64,000 nucleotides of DNA from Scyliorhinus canicula (lineage: Eukaryota): NCBI RefSeq assembly GCF_902713615.1, contig NC_052162.1, forward strand, positions 103,195,811-103,259,810, written 5' to 3'. A program made the translations under genes and the position numbers. Under the pieces are notes generated by a model. It worked only from the letters and a program-made list of their open reading frames with translations. It made no database searches and was not told where the DNA came from. Below are positions 1-10,236 of this stretch, one piece after another. How positions within the stretch are numbered: position 1 is the stretch's first letter; each line of letters begins with the position of its first letter.

Positions 1-246
1 CAAGATCCAGAGGACTGGAGAATAGCTAATGTGGTATCGCTGTTTAAGAAAGGTAGCAGGGATAATCCAGGAAACTATAGTTCCTCAAGTCGGTTGTAGG
101 TAAATTATTGGAGGCAATTCTCAGGGACCGGATTTATCCCCATTTGGATACAAATGGACTCATAAGCGATAGGCAGCATGGTTTTGTGAAGGGGAGGTCG
201 TGCCTCACTAACCTGATCGAGTTTTTTGAGGAGGTGTCAAAGATGA
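1..246 (+). mobile_element. CR1 LINE reverse-transcriptase fragment
   Basis: Translates to [37 protein letters not shown], homologous to the CR1 ORF2 copies elsewhere in the window. Confidence 0.9.
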
Positions 247-651
247 TGATGAGGAGAATAATAATCTCCACAAAGAATATAGTACTCTATAAATAACCCT
301 TAATCTTTCCTTGCATAAGATATCCATAAGACAAATACCCTCTTCAACACATACATCAAGTTTAAATTCTCTACTGAGAGCAGGTATCACTTTTAAACTA
401 GCAAGTGATTTGAAAACATTCCTTTCATGCAGAAATTAATCAGAATTACACCTGGTTTTGCTGGATGCAGCTTTCAATCTGCAAAACGAAACTAAACACA
501 TCCTGTAGCTGCTAACTCAAAGTGAAAGGAAACCAGACAGATAGCCCAGCTCCACCCACACTCGGACATCAGTGCACCTATTTGATAAACACCCATTTCT
601 TAAAGGTACACCCACTACAGCTATCTGATAAACACCCATTTCTTAATGACA
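247..651 (-). mobile_element. putative solo LTR interrupting the CR1 fragment
   Basis: Begins TG and ends CA (tga...tgaca). Internal direct repeat tgataaacacccatttcttaa occurs twice. CR1-like sequence resumes briefly after it (ttgtgcagg). No TSD seen. Confidence 0.35.
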
Positions 652-985
652 TTGTGCAGGCTATATTCAGATAGGAACTGAAGAATGGGGCGAAATTTCA
701 TTTTACTTGGATTGTGAAATTCAAAAAACTGTTATCAGATATTCCATCATCACAGCCGGTTTATTTGGTGCTCTGCTCAAAAACCCATCTCAGTGAGAAC
801 ACACAAAGTGAGGTTGCTTCAGTTTTTATTTAGTGATGAACAGGAATTGCAGAAATAGAAAAAATGAAACTAATTCAGTCCTGACGGAGTGCTCTTGATT
901 TAAATCAGAGAGATTATCATTGCTCCGGGGATATGGACACATTGAGCTCCACATTGGTATGTCATCTTGTTAACTTGGAGGGAGC

Positions 986-3240
986 GGTCTTCCGCTGGTG
1001 GCTATGAAGCAGTAGGTCGCACATTTGGTGGCAGCCGCTCGGGTCGGAACTTTGGACCTTTTTCCCCAATTTTTTGTCAGATCTGAGGTGGAAAATTGAT
1101 GTTGGGCACAATTGTGAAGAGGAATCCTATGTCAACGATTGGAGAAGGGGACCAGGAGTGCTCGCAAAGAAAGAAATAGATGAACGGAGAAGGTTTGGGC
1201 TGAGGCTGAATGGGGAAAACGTGGCGATGGACTGGAGTTCTGCCTTGACGAACCAGCGGTCGACGGAGCAGTTGATGCAGTTTACACAGGAGGGCTTCGC
1301 CAAGCAGAAACAGGAATGCTTGGACCCGATTAAGGAGTCAATTGCGCAACTGGAACTCAGACTGGATGCTCAAGATCGGGCGATCCAGAAAGTGGAGAAG
1401 GCCCTGACTGAGCAGGAGGAGCAGCAAGCTGCCGTGGAGTTGGAGGTGGGAATGTTGAGAGACCAACAGAAAAGCCTCCAGGAGAAGGTGGAGGATCTGA
1501 AGAAACAGATGCAGGGGCATACATAGTGGCTATGTTTGAGAAGCTACTGGGGGAAGGGGCATTCTCTAGACCCTTGGAGGTGGACAGGGCACACAGAGCA
1601 CTAGCGAGGAAGCCGCGTGTGGGTGACGACCCCCCCCCCCCCCCCAAGAGCAATGGTGGTGAGATTGCACAGGTACCTTGACAAGGAGTTCATTCTACGG
1701 TGGGCCAGGCAGACACGGCGCTGCAAATGGGAGAACAGTGTCCTGCGTATATATCAGGATCTGAGCGTGGACGTGGCCAGGAGAAGAGCAGGGTTCAACC
1801 AGATAAAATCTACCCTTTTTAAGAAGAAGGTAAAGTTTGGATGACTGTATCCGGCCTGTCATTGGGTTATGCACGAAGAGCAACATTTCTATTTCGAGTC
1901 ACCCCGAGGAAGCGATGAACTTTGCTACAGTGCTCAAGTGTTTTTTTTTTGTTGTTCTCTTCTCTTCTGTCATTGTTTTTTTAAAAAGAAAAGTTTTTGG
2001 CTTTGGATGTTACTTTTAAGCCTTTTGTATTGAGCTGGGGTCTACGGACGAGCTGCTCGAGTTAAAATTTGCATTTGCACTGATGGGGGATGGAGGTGTG
2101 AATGGTAGATGTTAGATGTTTGATCTTCTTTTTGATTTTCGTTGCTTGTTTCTTTTGGGCAATTGGGTTGGGATTGTTTACGTTAGCATATGTGTGTCCG
2201 AGCGGGGGAGGGAACAATAGATGGAAAAATGTCTGGCGCCACAGGCGGGGCCACCAAGCTAGCTGGGCGGGCTAGCTCACGGAAGCGCAGTGTGGGTGAT
2301 GTTATCCTTGTTGGAGGGGACTGTGTGTATAGTACTGCTACCTGAGAGGGGGGGGGGCAAATGTTGTGCTGATGGGAGAGGGACTTTTGCTGTGGGACAA
2401 TAGGGAGGTCTGGAATGGAGGCTGCCGGGGGCGGGCCTGTGGATGCTTGGGGTGCAGGCTGGGGACTGGCCCAAGAAAGGGGATAGCTGATTGGTGGAGG
2501 GGGGTTGGGCGAGAAGCCCATCAACCAGGCTGATCACATGGAATGGAAGCGGGCTATGTGGGCCGGCAAGGAGGGCACGTGTGCTCGTGCATTAGAGGGG
2601 ACTGAAGGCGGACGTAGCAATGTTGCAGGAGACGCACCTCAGAGTAATGAGGTGACCAAATCAGATTAAGGAAGGGATGGGTCGGACAGGTTTTTTACTC
2701 GGGGCTGGACCTTAAGACTAGAGGGCTCACAATCCTGATTAATAAGCGAGTGTCATTTGAAGTGGGAAGAATACTTGCGGACGTGGGGAGGTCAGTACGT
2801 AATGGTCAGTGGAAAGCTTGAGGGGTTGCCGGTGGTACTCGTGAATGTGTACGCGCCAAATTGGGATGATATGGAGTTGATAAGGATGATGTTGGGGAAG
2901 GTCCCGGACCTGGATTTGCATAAGCTGGTCATGGGGGGGGGGGAGGGGGGGGGGGGGGGGGGGGGGGGGAGACTTCAACACAGTCCTTAACCCCGGGCTA
3001 GACCGGTCTAGCTCAAGGACAGGAGGTGGCAGATGTTCGTCAATTTCTTTAGGGAAATTTACCGTCAGCAGAAAGGGGGGGGGGGGGGAAGGTAGTTTAG
3101 TGTAGAATAGGAGGCTAGAAAAGGTGGGACCTGTGAGAGAGGAAGACGGCTTTTGCACTATGTTTATAATTGTATGTACACTGTTTCTTCTATTCCTGTT
3201 ATAAAACCATAAATACGTCAATAAAATGTTTATTTAAAAA
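986..3240 (+). mobile_element. internally deleted L1-clade LINE (disrupted ORF1, endonuclease N-terminus, 3' UTR/polyA)
   Basis: ORF1 pieces 1074-1526 and 1617-1844 (coiled coil; RIYQDLSVDVARRRAGFNQIK). EN motifs LITWNG and MLQETHL lie near 2530-2640. AATAAA and an A tail end at 3240. TSD aactt(t)ggagggagc at 972-985 and 3241-3255. Confidence 0.85.
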
Positions 3241-3289
3241 AACTTTGGAGGGAGCTTAACAAATGAAGCATTTTACTGCAACACGAACA

Positions 3290-3612
3290 CATCTCCTCGC
3301 CCAACAAAAGCAGCCACCAGCACCACCCGCATGCTCAGCCCCACTCACCAAAGACATGCCCACACCGCACGCTCACCCCACCTCCAAATGTACTCTTACC
3401 CCACTCTCACCCTCACCTTCACTCCAGCCCCCCACTGTCACATCCACTCCAGATTCTCACTCTCACCCGGCACTCTCAAAGCCAACCCCAACCTCAACCC
3501 CCAGACTCTATCTTCACCTCCACCCCTCACGCTCAACGCTCCTCCACCCTTAGCCCCACCCTCAGCCTCCACCACCCCCACTTACACACCTCAACCCTTA
3601 ACCTCCACCCCC
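3290..3612. repeat. C/A-rich degenerate hexamer (CCCTCA/CCCACA-like) low-complexity tract
   Basis: Visible ~6-bp periodicity; explains the spurious P/T/S-rich ORFs. Confidence 0.7.
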
Positions 3613-3619
3613 AATAGTG

Positions 3620-4103
3620 AACATTATCCTTGGAGATGGGGAATTGACCAAAGTGGATAAGCGAGTCCTGGATAACATTTGGCATAAAATATAATTAAAT
3701 AATATTCAACAAAGTCTCAGTCATAAAGACGTTAGCTGTAAAAGGTTAAGTTTGCCTTGAGGGGGTCAGTACAAGGGTTCTTCCGGCGGTGGCAGCCTTT
3801 TCTCGATTTCCTGGTGGAGACGTAGAGGGTGGTCAGTCTCAGCAGCAACCCGGGGGGGGGGGGGGGGGGGGGGGGGGGTGCGGGGGGGGGGGGGGGGGGG
3901 GGCGGTAAAGGTGGGTGGGTTTGGGGTTTGTTAAGGGCGTTTGTTTTTGCGATGGTGTGTTTGCTATTTTCTTCTTTCTTGTACTGTTATTAGTTATTAA
4001 TTTATTACTTTGTATTGGGGGGATTTCTTTTTCTGTTTCTGTTTAGTTTTACACCTTGTAAATTTGTTGTTGAAAAATTTGAATAAAAATTTTTTTTTAA
4101 AAA
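3620..4103 (+). mobile_element. 5'-truncated L1-clade 3' end
   Basis: ORF2 C-terminus KVKFALRGSVQGFFRRWQPF, G tract 3852-3902, T-rich UTR, AATAAA near 4082. Confidence 0.75.
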
Positions 4104-4621
4104 CTCTTTAAAACAATGAAAGAGTAGGTAGCTGGAAACAGGTAGACACATATCAATACAAGTGCTAAAGTCACAATGCTTGGACAGCTTTCCCTATGAA
4201 TATTATGGATAGAGATATTAATGCCATTGATTTACTCATTGTTCTTGATTGGTAAAACAATTAAATTTACCTCAAAATATCCTTCGTGTGATTAAAGAGA
4301 TACGGTGCTACCAGTTTGCTGGTAGATCACAGCTACTACAGGCACTGGTGTTTGTCAGTCTCGACAGAGTTCAGCACCACTGTGAATACTGAACAATATT
4401 ATCAGAGATTGACGTTTGCAGTAGGTGCTCGGCTGGTGCATTTGCACTTTTATCACCAGACACTGTTCCTCAATCCTCATGGGAGATACTGTCTGGAGAT
4501 TGTAGCTGGGGATTATTTCAGACTGCACATTTGTGTTCTCAGACACTAATCCAATACAGAATGGGAGCAGGTAAACTGCTGCATTCACTAATTCTGCTGC
4601 CAGACATTGTCAATGTTATTT

Positions 4622-4935
4622 TAAAATTTATTCATTCTTGGGATGTGGGCATCACTGGCTGGGCCCGCATGCATTTGTTGCCATAATTGCCCTTGAATAG
4701 AGCGGCTTGCCAGGCCATTTCAGAAGGGGTATTCAATTGCTGCCTGGATGGAAACACATGTAGGGTAAGGACGGCAAATTTCCTTCCCTGAAGGACGTTG
4801 GTGAATCAGATGGGTTTTCATGACAATGGTTGGTCACCATTATACTTTTAATTCCAGATTTTGACTGAATTTAAATTTCACCATCCACCCTGGATTACTA
4901 GTCTAGCAACAATACCACTATGCCACCACTTCCCC
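4622..4935 (-). mobile_element. tRNA-headed SINE with Deu-domain-like core (SacSINE1/DeuSINE-like)
   Basis: Minus-strand tRNA-like head ggggaagtggtggcatagtggtattg and core aaacccatctgattcacca...gggaaggaaatttgccgtccttacc. Related core recurs at 27240-27372 and 53490-53600. Confidence 0.55.
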
Positions 4936-5599
4936 AACACAGTTGCAGTTACACAGTTACGTAGTGGACTCTGCTAAAGACGTTTGTTTAAGGTTCCCTA
5001 GATAATTATCTCAATTTCTGACACTGATTCTTTGAATGTTGAGAACACATACATTTCATGGGGCAGAATGTATTTACATCTTTATTGTCTTTATTCACAT
5101 TGTGGTGATGCTGGTCCAGGAACGAAGAGCTAAACTAGCTATTCCCATTCTGCAGGTCTTGATTTGCAATCCTGTAGGTTACGATGACAAAGAGAGATAG
5201 AGAGCAGCTGAGGTGAAATGCTCTACCTCCACTCTTGCCCCATAACTACCCTGCCGGTTTTAAATCTCAACAACATCTCGAACGACACTGTCAGGAAAAG
5301 TTTCACTGTCGACTCTTGTGAAACAGAATGACGGTTCCCGAAGATACAATAAACACAGAGGCTGACTCGTGTCTCAATTATTTCTGGGAATTTAACATTC
5401 AGATCTCACAGGTTGGTTAACGTAATTTGATTAAAAAGTGAACTATGTTTCTGCTTCATAATCTCAATCACACAAACACTCCGACACCATCACACAGAGA
5501 TGGACACACGCTTTCCCATAAAGAATGAGAAACACATTCATCAACATACTGATACAAACAGAAATACGCAGAACAATCTCCCCTTGGACGTCATACAGA

Positions 5600-5752
5600 C
5601 AGACAGAATCACAAAATACTACAGTGCAGAAGAGGCCCTTCGGCAAATCGAGTCCTGCATAAAAGGACTCCTGCCCACCTAATCCCATTTGCCAGCACTT
5701 GGCCCATAGCCTTGAATTGTTTGGCTTGCCAAGTACTCATCCGGCTACTTTT
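5600..5752 (-). mobile_element. short CR1 3'-tail fragment
   Basis: tacagtgcagaagaggcccttcggc resembles the reverse complement of the CR1/HE1 3' tails. Confidence 0.5.
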
Positions 5753-5888
5753 CATCAGAATAACAGAATAAACCAGTGCAGGGGCGCTTATTGTCTGTCG
5801 TGCATTTCAATTTCAATGATGTCTGCTGAAAATGGTTCATTAAAGTCTACACCCCATTACCCACATGTTGTAGCTGAAGTAAAATATC

Positions 5889-5924
5889 TGCTCCAGGTGA
5901 GGCTCAAACTCACAACCTCGTCAT
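5889..5924 (-). pseudogene. tRNA-Ile(TAT) pseudogene, 3' exon only
   Basis: Minus strand ATGACGAGGTTGTGAGTTTGAGCCTCACCTGGAGCA differs at ~2 of 36 nt from the recalled vertebrate tRNA-Ile(UAU) 3' exon. Intron-like tgcgagc precedes it and TTTT follows; the 5' half is absent. Confidence 0.75.
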
Positions 5925-5967
5925 AGCTCGCAGACACAGAGAAGCAGATGACCATTCAAACACACAC

Positions 5968-6122
5968 CCAGGGACTGGTTTAGCACACTGGACCAAGCAG
6001 GCCAGCAGCACGGTTCAATTCCCGTACCAACCTCCCCGAACAGGTGCCGGAATGTGGCGACTAGGGGCTTTTCACAGTAACTTCATTGAAGCCTATTTGT
6101 GATAATAAGCGATTATCATTCA
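5968..6122 (+). mobile_element. short tRNA-derived SINE with (ATT)-type tail
   Basis: A-box ctggtttagcacactgg, B-box ggttcaattccc, tail ...cacagtaacttcattgaagcctatttgtgataataag. A second copy lies at 41160-41318 (-). Confidence 0.8.
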
Positions 6123-6142
6123 TTTCATTTTCATCCAGTCTC

Positions 6143-6297
6143 AGTCGCACACACACACTCTCCCTCTTTCACACGCACCCCCACACTCACACATACTCTT
6201 ACACACACTCACAAACACAATCTCTCTCACACATTTTCTCATACACATCTTCTCTCACACATAATCACACACATACACATACACAATCATACACACG
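6143..6297. repeat. degenerate (CA)n/(CT)n microsatellite
   Basis: Directly visible. Confidence 0.85.
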
Positions 6298-6334
6298 TTA
6301 GCCCGTAATTTCCTCTTAGTTAAATTGCTGGTCA

Positions 6335-6520
6335 GCAGCACATGCGCAGTGTGATGACCCGGAAGTACAGGCGTAAGGGCATGCATGCTGGAAGCGTGCG
6401 CCGTTCAAATCCCCGGCCATTTTTTTTCTCTCTGATTGGTACGTGAGCTCCGCTGGACCTGTTTCATTAAAATCCAGGAACAGTGTTAACTTTGACGACT
6501 TGCACCGATGTTAGGTAAGT
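6335..6520 (+). promoter_or_regulatory. CpG-rich housekeeping-type promoter and non-coding first exon
   Basis: NRF1-like catgcgca 6341, ETS ccggaagt 6359-6366, YY1-like ggccatttt 6415, CCAAT box (attgg) 6435, consensus splice donor ag|gtaagt at 6514/6515. Confidence 0.6.
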
Positions 6521-6670
6521 TTTTGCACCTTTTTATTGCACTTATATTTCTCGGTCGAGGATAATGGAACAGAGTCAGAAGACATCGGGAGTCATTTTTT
6601 TTGCTAGGTTAATGTTTTATATTATTCGTGTTTGACATTTCTAAATATTTCAAATGCAAATAAAATGAAG

Positions 6671-6702
<32 letters not shown>

Positions 6703-6769
6703 TGTGTACACATTAAATTTTGATTTGTCATGAAGCTGTTAATTCCATTAAAAGGATACTTTACTGTAT

Positions 6770-7077
6770 AATAATAACAATCTTTATTAGTGTCACAAGT
6801 AGGCTTACATTAACACTGCAATTAAGTTACTGTGAAAAGTCCCTAGTTGCCACATTCCGGCACCTGTTCGGGTACACAGAGGGAGAATTCAGAATGTCCA
6901 ATTCACCTAACAAGCATGTCTTTCGGAACTAGTGGGAGGAAACCGGAGCACACGGAGGAAACCCATGCAGACACCGGGAGAACGTGCAGACTCCACACAG
7001 CCAGTGACCAAAGCCGGGAATCAAAACTAGGACCCCGGCGCTGTGAAGCAACAGTGCTAACCACTGTGCTACCATGC
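6770..7077 (-). mobile_element. V-SINE (HE1-like head and core) with (ATT)n-type tail
   Basis: HE1 head and V core joined to the tail gggacttttcacagtaactt...cttgtgacactaataaagatt. Same type at 46260-46560 (+) and 56980-57268 (-). Confidence 0.85.
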
Positions 7078-7253
7078 ACGTATAAAGTGAGTTGGGAGTC
7101 ACAGAAAGTGAAAGAAAGATTTTTTAAACTATGGTTTGTGATGAGAATGTTAATTCCAATATGGGAGCTAAAATTGTTGAATGAGGTGATCACTCGCAAA
7201 CGAGTATGATTGCCCACCTACGATCAATTGTGACCCTTAAATCAGGAGGTTTC

Positions 7254-7472
7254 AGGCAGCACGGTGGCCTAGTGGTTAGCCCAACCGCCTCACGGCGCTG
7301 AGGTCCCAGGTTCGATCCCGGCTGTGGGTCACTGTCCGTGTGGAGTTTGCACATTCTCCCCGTGTCTGCGTGGGTTTCGCCCCCACAACCCAAAAATGTG
7401 CAGAGTAGGTGGATTGGCCACGCTAAATTGGCCCTAAATTGGGTAATCTAAATTTATTTTTAAAATTTTTTT
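7254..7472 (+). mobile_element. short HE1-like SINE with 17-bp TSD
   Basis: TSD ttaaatcaggaggtttc at 7237-7253 and 7473-7489; A/T-rich tail with no CR1-type tail. Confidence 0.9.
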
Positions 7473-7494
7473 TTAAATCAGGAGGTTTCTCCAA

Positions 7495-7900
7495 GTGCAT
7501 ACATGGACAAGGTTTAACATCGCCTTGAGAGTTTAGGCCTCAGGAAAGAGCATTTGATGGCCGTGACCTCAGACCTGGCACCAAGCTCATTTTCAACAGA
7601 ACAGTGGCATACCCGGCCACCGAAATGGCTCAGTCGAATAATTAACAACAAGCAACTCAAAACCCAGGAGAAATATGTTAGCTCTGCCTCTATAAAATTG
7701 GCAGGATAGATGCACCAACATTGGTATTTTTCAGTCCAACATCCACAGCATTGAAGAATTGGCCATGCTCGATTAGCTCTGCTGTGTGGGCCTAACACGA
7801 GACTCCAGAAACAAGCACTCTACTGGGACCTTCAACATGGCAAGCGAGCCCCAAAAGGGCTGAGGAAAACTTTCAAGGATATTCTTAAAAGGTGCAAATT
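7495..7900 (+). mobile_element. old RTE-clade (BovB-like) LINE RT C-terminal fragment
   Basis: Degenerate translation LRKRAFDGRDLRPGTKL...TNIGIF..NIHSIEEL, following the RTE C-terminal pattern RKRVF.DRDL...TKL...RRTN.....IEAL. Confidence 0.6.
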
Positions 7901-8024
7901 TCTTTAATCAAATTGTAAAATTTTGCAGAACCCCATTTGTGTATAATAAAGAAGTGGTCCCATCAAATCTACACCAAGTCTCGGTTTCCGAGTCTCCCTG
8001 CCTGGTTTTATATTCCCTCGGTTA

Positions 8025-8382
8025 TCATAGAATTATCATAGAATTTACAGTGCAGAAGGAGGCCATTTGGTCCATCGTGTCTGCACCGGCTCTTGGAAAG
8101 AGCACCTTACCCAAGGTCAACACATCCACCCTATCCCGATAACCCAGTAACCCCACCCAACACTAAGGGCAATTTTGGACACTAAGGGCAATTTATCATG
8201 GCCAATCCACCTAACCTGCACATCTTTGGACTGTGGGACAAAACCGGAGCACCCGGAGGAAACCCACGCACACACGGGGAGGATGTGCAGACTCCGCACA
8301 GACAGTGACCCAAGCCGGAATCAAACCTGGGACCCTGGAGCTGTGAAGCAATTGTGCTATCCACAATGCTACCGTGCTGCCC
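8025..8382 (-). mobile_element. HE1 V-SINE, full length with CR1-type tail
   Basis: Minus strand gggcagcacggtagcattgtggatagc...ccttctgcactgtaaattctatga. Near-identical copies at 21738-22055 and 55348-55667. Confidence 0.9.
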
Positions 8383-8430
8383 GACAAAGACCGACAAAAA
8401 ATAATTTCGAAAATGATATTCTGTTCAGTT

Positions 8431-8667
8431 TTTTCTTATTTTTTAAAATAAATTTAGAGTACCCAATTCATTTTTTCCAATTAAGAGCCAATTTAGCATG
8501 GCCAATCCACCTCGTCTGCACATCTTTGGGTTGTGGGGGCGAAACCCATGCAAACACGGGGAGAATGTGCAAACTCCACACGGACAGTGACTCAGAGCCG
8601 GGATCGAACCTGGGACCTTGGCGCCGTGAAGCAACAGGGCTAACCCACTGCGCCACTGTGCTGCCCG
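8431..8667 (-). mobile_element. short HE1-like SINE with 14-bp TSD
   Basis: TSD ta(t/c)tctgttcagtt at 8417-8430 and 8668-8681. Confidence 0.9.
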
Positions 8668-8736
8668 TACTCTGTTCAGTTAATATTCAATAACACACAC
8701 GAGTTCTAGAATTTCCCTCCCAGTGAGATTCAACAA

Positions 8737-8797
8737 TGTTTTTGGCCGGTTTCGAACCGGGTACCCTCCAACGGGATAACTACTACTCTGCGGAAAC
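8737..8797 (-). pseudogene. tRNA-Val pseudogene lacking the anticodon arm
   Basis: Minus strand GTTTCCGCAGAGTAGTAGTTATCCCGTT-GGAGGGTACCCGGTTCGAAACCGGCCAAAAACA aligns to vertebrate tRNA-Val (GTTTCCGTAGTGTAGTGGTTATC...CCCGGTTCGAAACCGGGCGGAAACA) with ~12 nt deleted. Confidence 0.8.
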
Positions 8798-9416
8798 AAC
8801 AGCAGGGGCTTTGGGAACTGGCTGGAATGTCAAACCGTGCAATCTGATTGCGCTTTGGAAACTTGTTTTGTGCAAGTTCGGCTGAAAACCTTAGCCATGC
8901 GGCAGACAAATATATCTAATATTAGAATCACAAAATAACACAACTCACTAACAGGACAATCAACACTTCACACATATTCAGACGAGCTTCCTGCAGTTAG
9001 TCCCATTATTCTCTTCCACTATTTCTGTGCATTTTGCAGAATATCATACAAAACTCGAGGAAGTGCAAACATCACATAGCTGTAAGATAATGTGTTTCAT
9101 TACTATTTAACAATAAACGGACATGATGCAACTTGACCTCACAGTTACATTAAAGGAAGTTACAATGCACGAGTCCATTCAGTCTGAGGTGCTGCTGTCG
9201 AAAAACAGTTGCGTTTGGTTGATGAGGATTAATACAGGTGTCAATGTAACCAGTGGGTATGAGTGGGAGGGGAAAACACGGGCGACATTCAACACAAACC
9301 GGCCTTGTCCATCCATACCCGCCCCACTGTCATTACACTGTTCTCCAGGTGTGAGCTAAGCAGAGTTTTCTATAGCTGGAGAAAACCTTTTCCTTTTTTC
9401 TAGCCTCTGTAACGGA

Positions 9417-9688
9417 TTCATAGATCATAGAATTTACAGTGCAGAAAGAGGCCATTTGGCCCATCAAGCCTGCACTGGCCCTTGGAAAGAGTCCAAGCCT
9501 CCACCCTATCCCTGTAACCCCACAACCTTTTGGACACTAAGGGGCAATTTAGCATGGCCAATCCACCTAACCTGCACTTCTTTGGACTGGGGGAGGAAAC
9601 GCACGCAGACATGGGGAGAAAGTGCAAACTCCACACAATTACCCGAGGCTGGAATTTAACCCAGTACACGGGAGCTGTGCCACCATGC
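9417..9688 (-). mobile_element. HE1 V-SINE, partly deleted
   Basis: Same tail and V core as 8025-8382. Confidence 0.8.
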
Positions 9689-9822
9689 CGACAGCTACAG
9701 GAATCAGAATATTCATGTCGACTGAGAGAAAAGAGATGCTTCATCAGAATAAATTTATCAGTGGAACAGATATGAAAGCAACTGCATAAATGTTTTTATT
9801 TCTGGCGGGATGAAGCATAACA

Positions 9823-10189
9823 GCAGGAAAGGTGTCTGATCGGGTGAAAGTCAGGTGAAATCAGAAAATGTGTAATATTCCTCTTTATTCCCTGTTAACT
9901 AACCAATCTTTAGCCCGTGCCTATCTGCACCACTATAGAATTAACTTTTTATTCCAACAATAGCCTTTAATGTACAGCTTAATGTGCCTTCTTGAAATCT
10001 AGATACAGTACATGTCCGGTTCACCTTTATCCACAGCACAGGTGATTCTTTCAAAGGACCTCAGAATAGCGTCATGCTCTAGAGTAATCAGTCTGTGATT
10101 CTCATTTCCCTCAGCCTGAGGTCATGGACATCAAAGGCTTTTGTCATTTAATTTCACTTGACTTCCATCCGATCAGACACCTTTCCTGC
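9823..10189. repeat. 38-bp inverted repeat pair flanking an old CR1 RT fragment (possible MITE relic)
   Basis: 9823-9860 matches the reverse complement of 10152-10189 at 35/38 nt. Confidence 0.6.
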
Positions 10190-10236
10190 ATCATCTCGCC
10201 TGGATTGCATTTATTTTAAACTTCCTACATTACTAT

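Noticed and set aside
3263-3660. Pro/Thr/Ser-rich ORFs (mucin-like) or an interstitial telomeric repeat
   Set aside because: Low-complexity hexamer decay with no splice context and no run of exact CCCTAA units
4100-5600. Possible host exons in the unique-looking stretches (also 8800-9400)
   Set aside because: No ORF with a recognisable domain and no convincing acceptor/donor pair found by eye
6369-6427. B-box-like GTTCAAATC followed by a T run, suggesting a Pol III gene
   Set aside because: No convincing A-box spacing or cloverleaf; Pol II promoter motifs explain the region better
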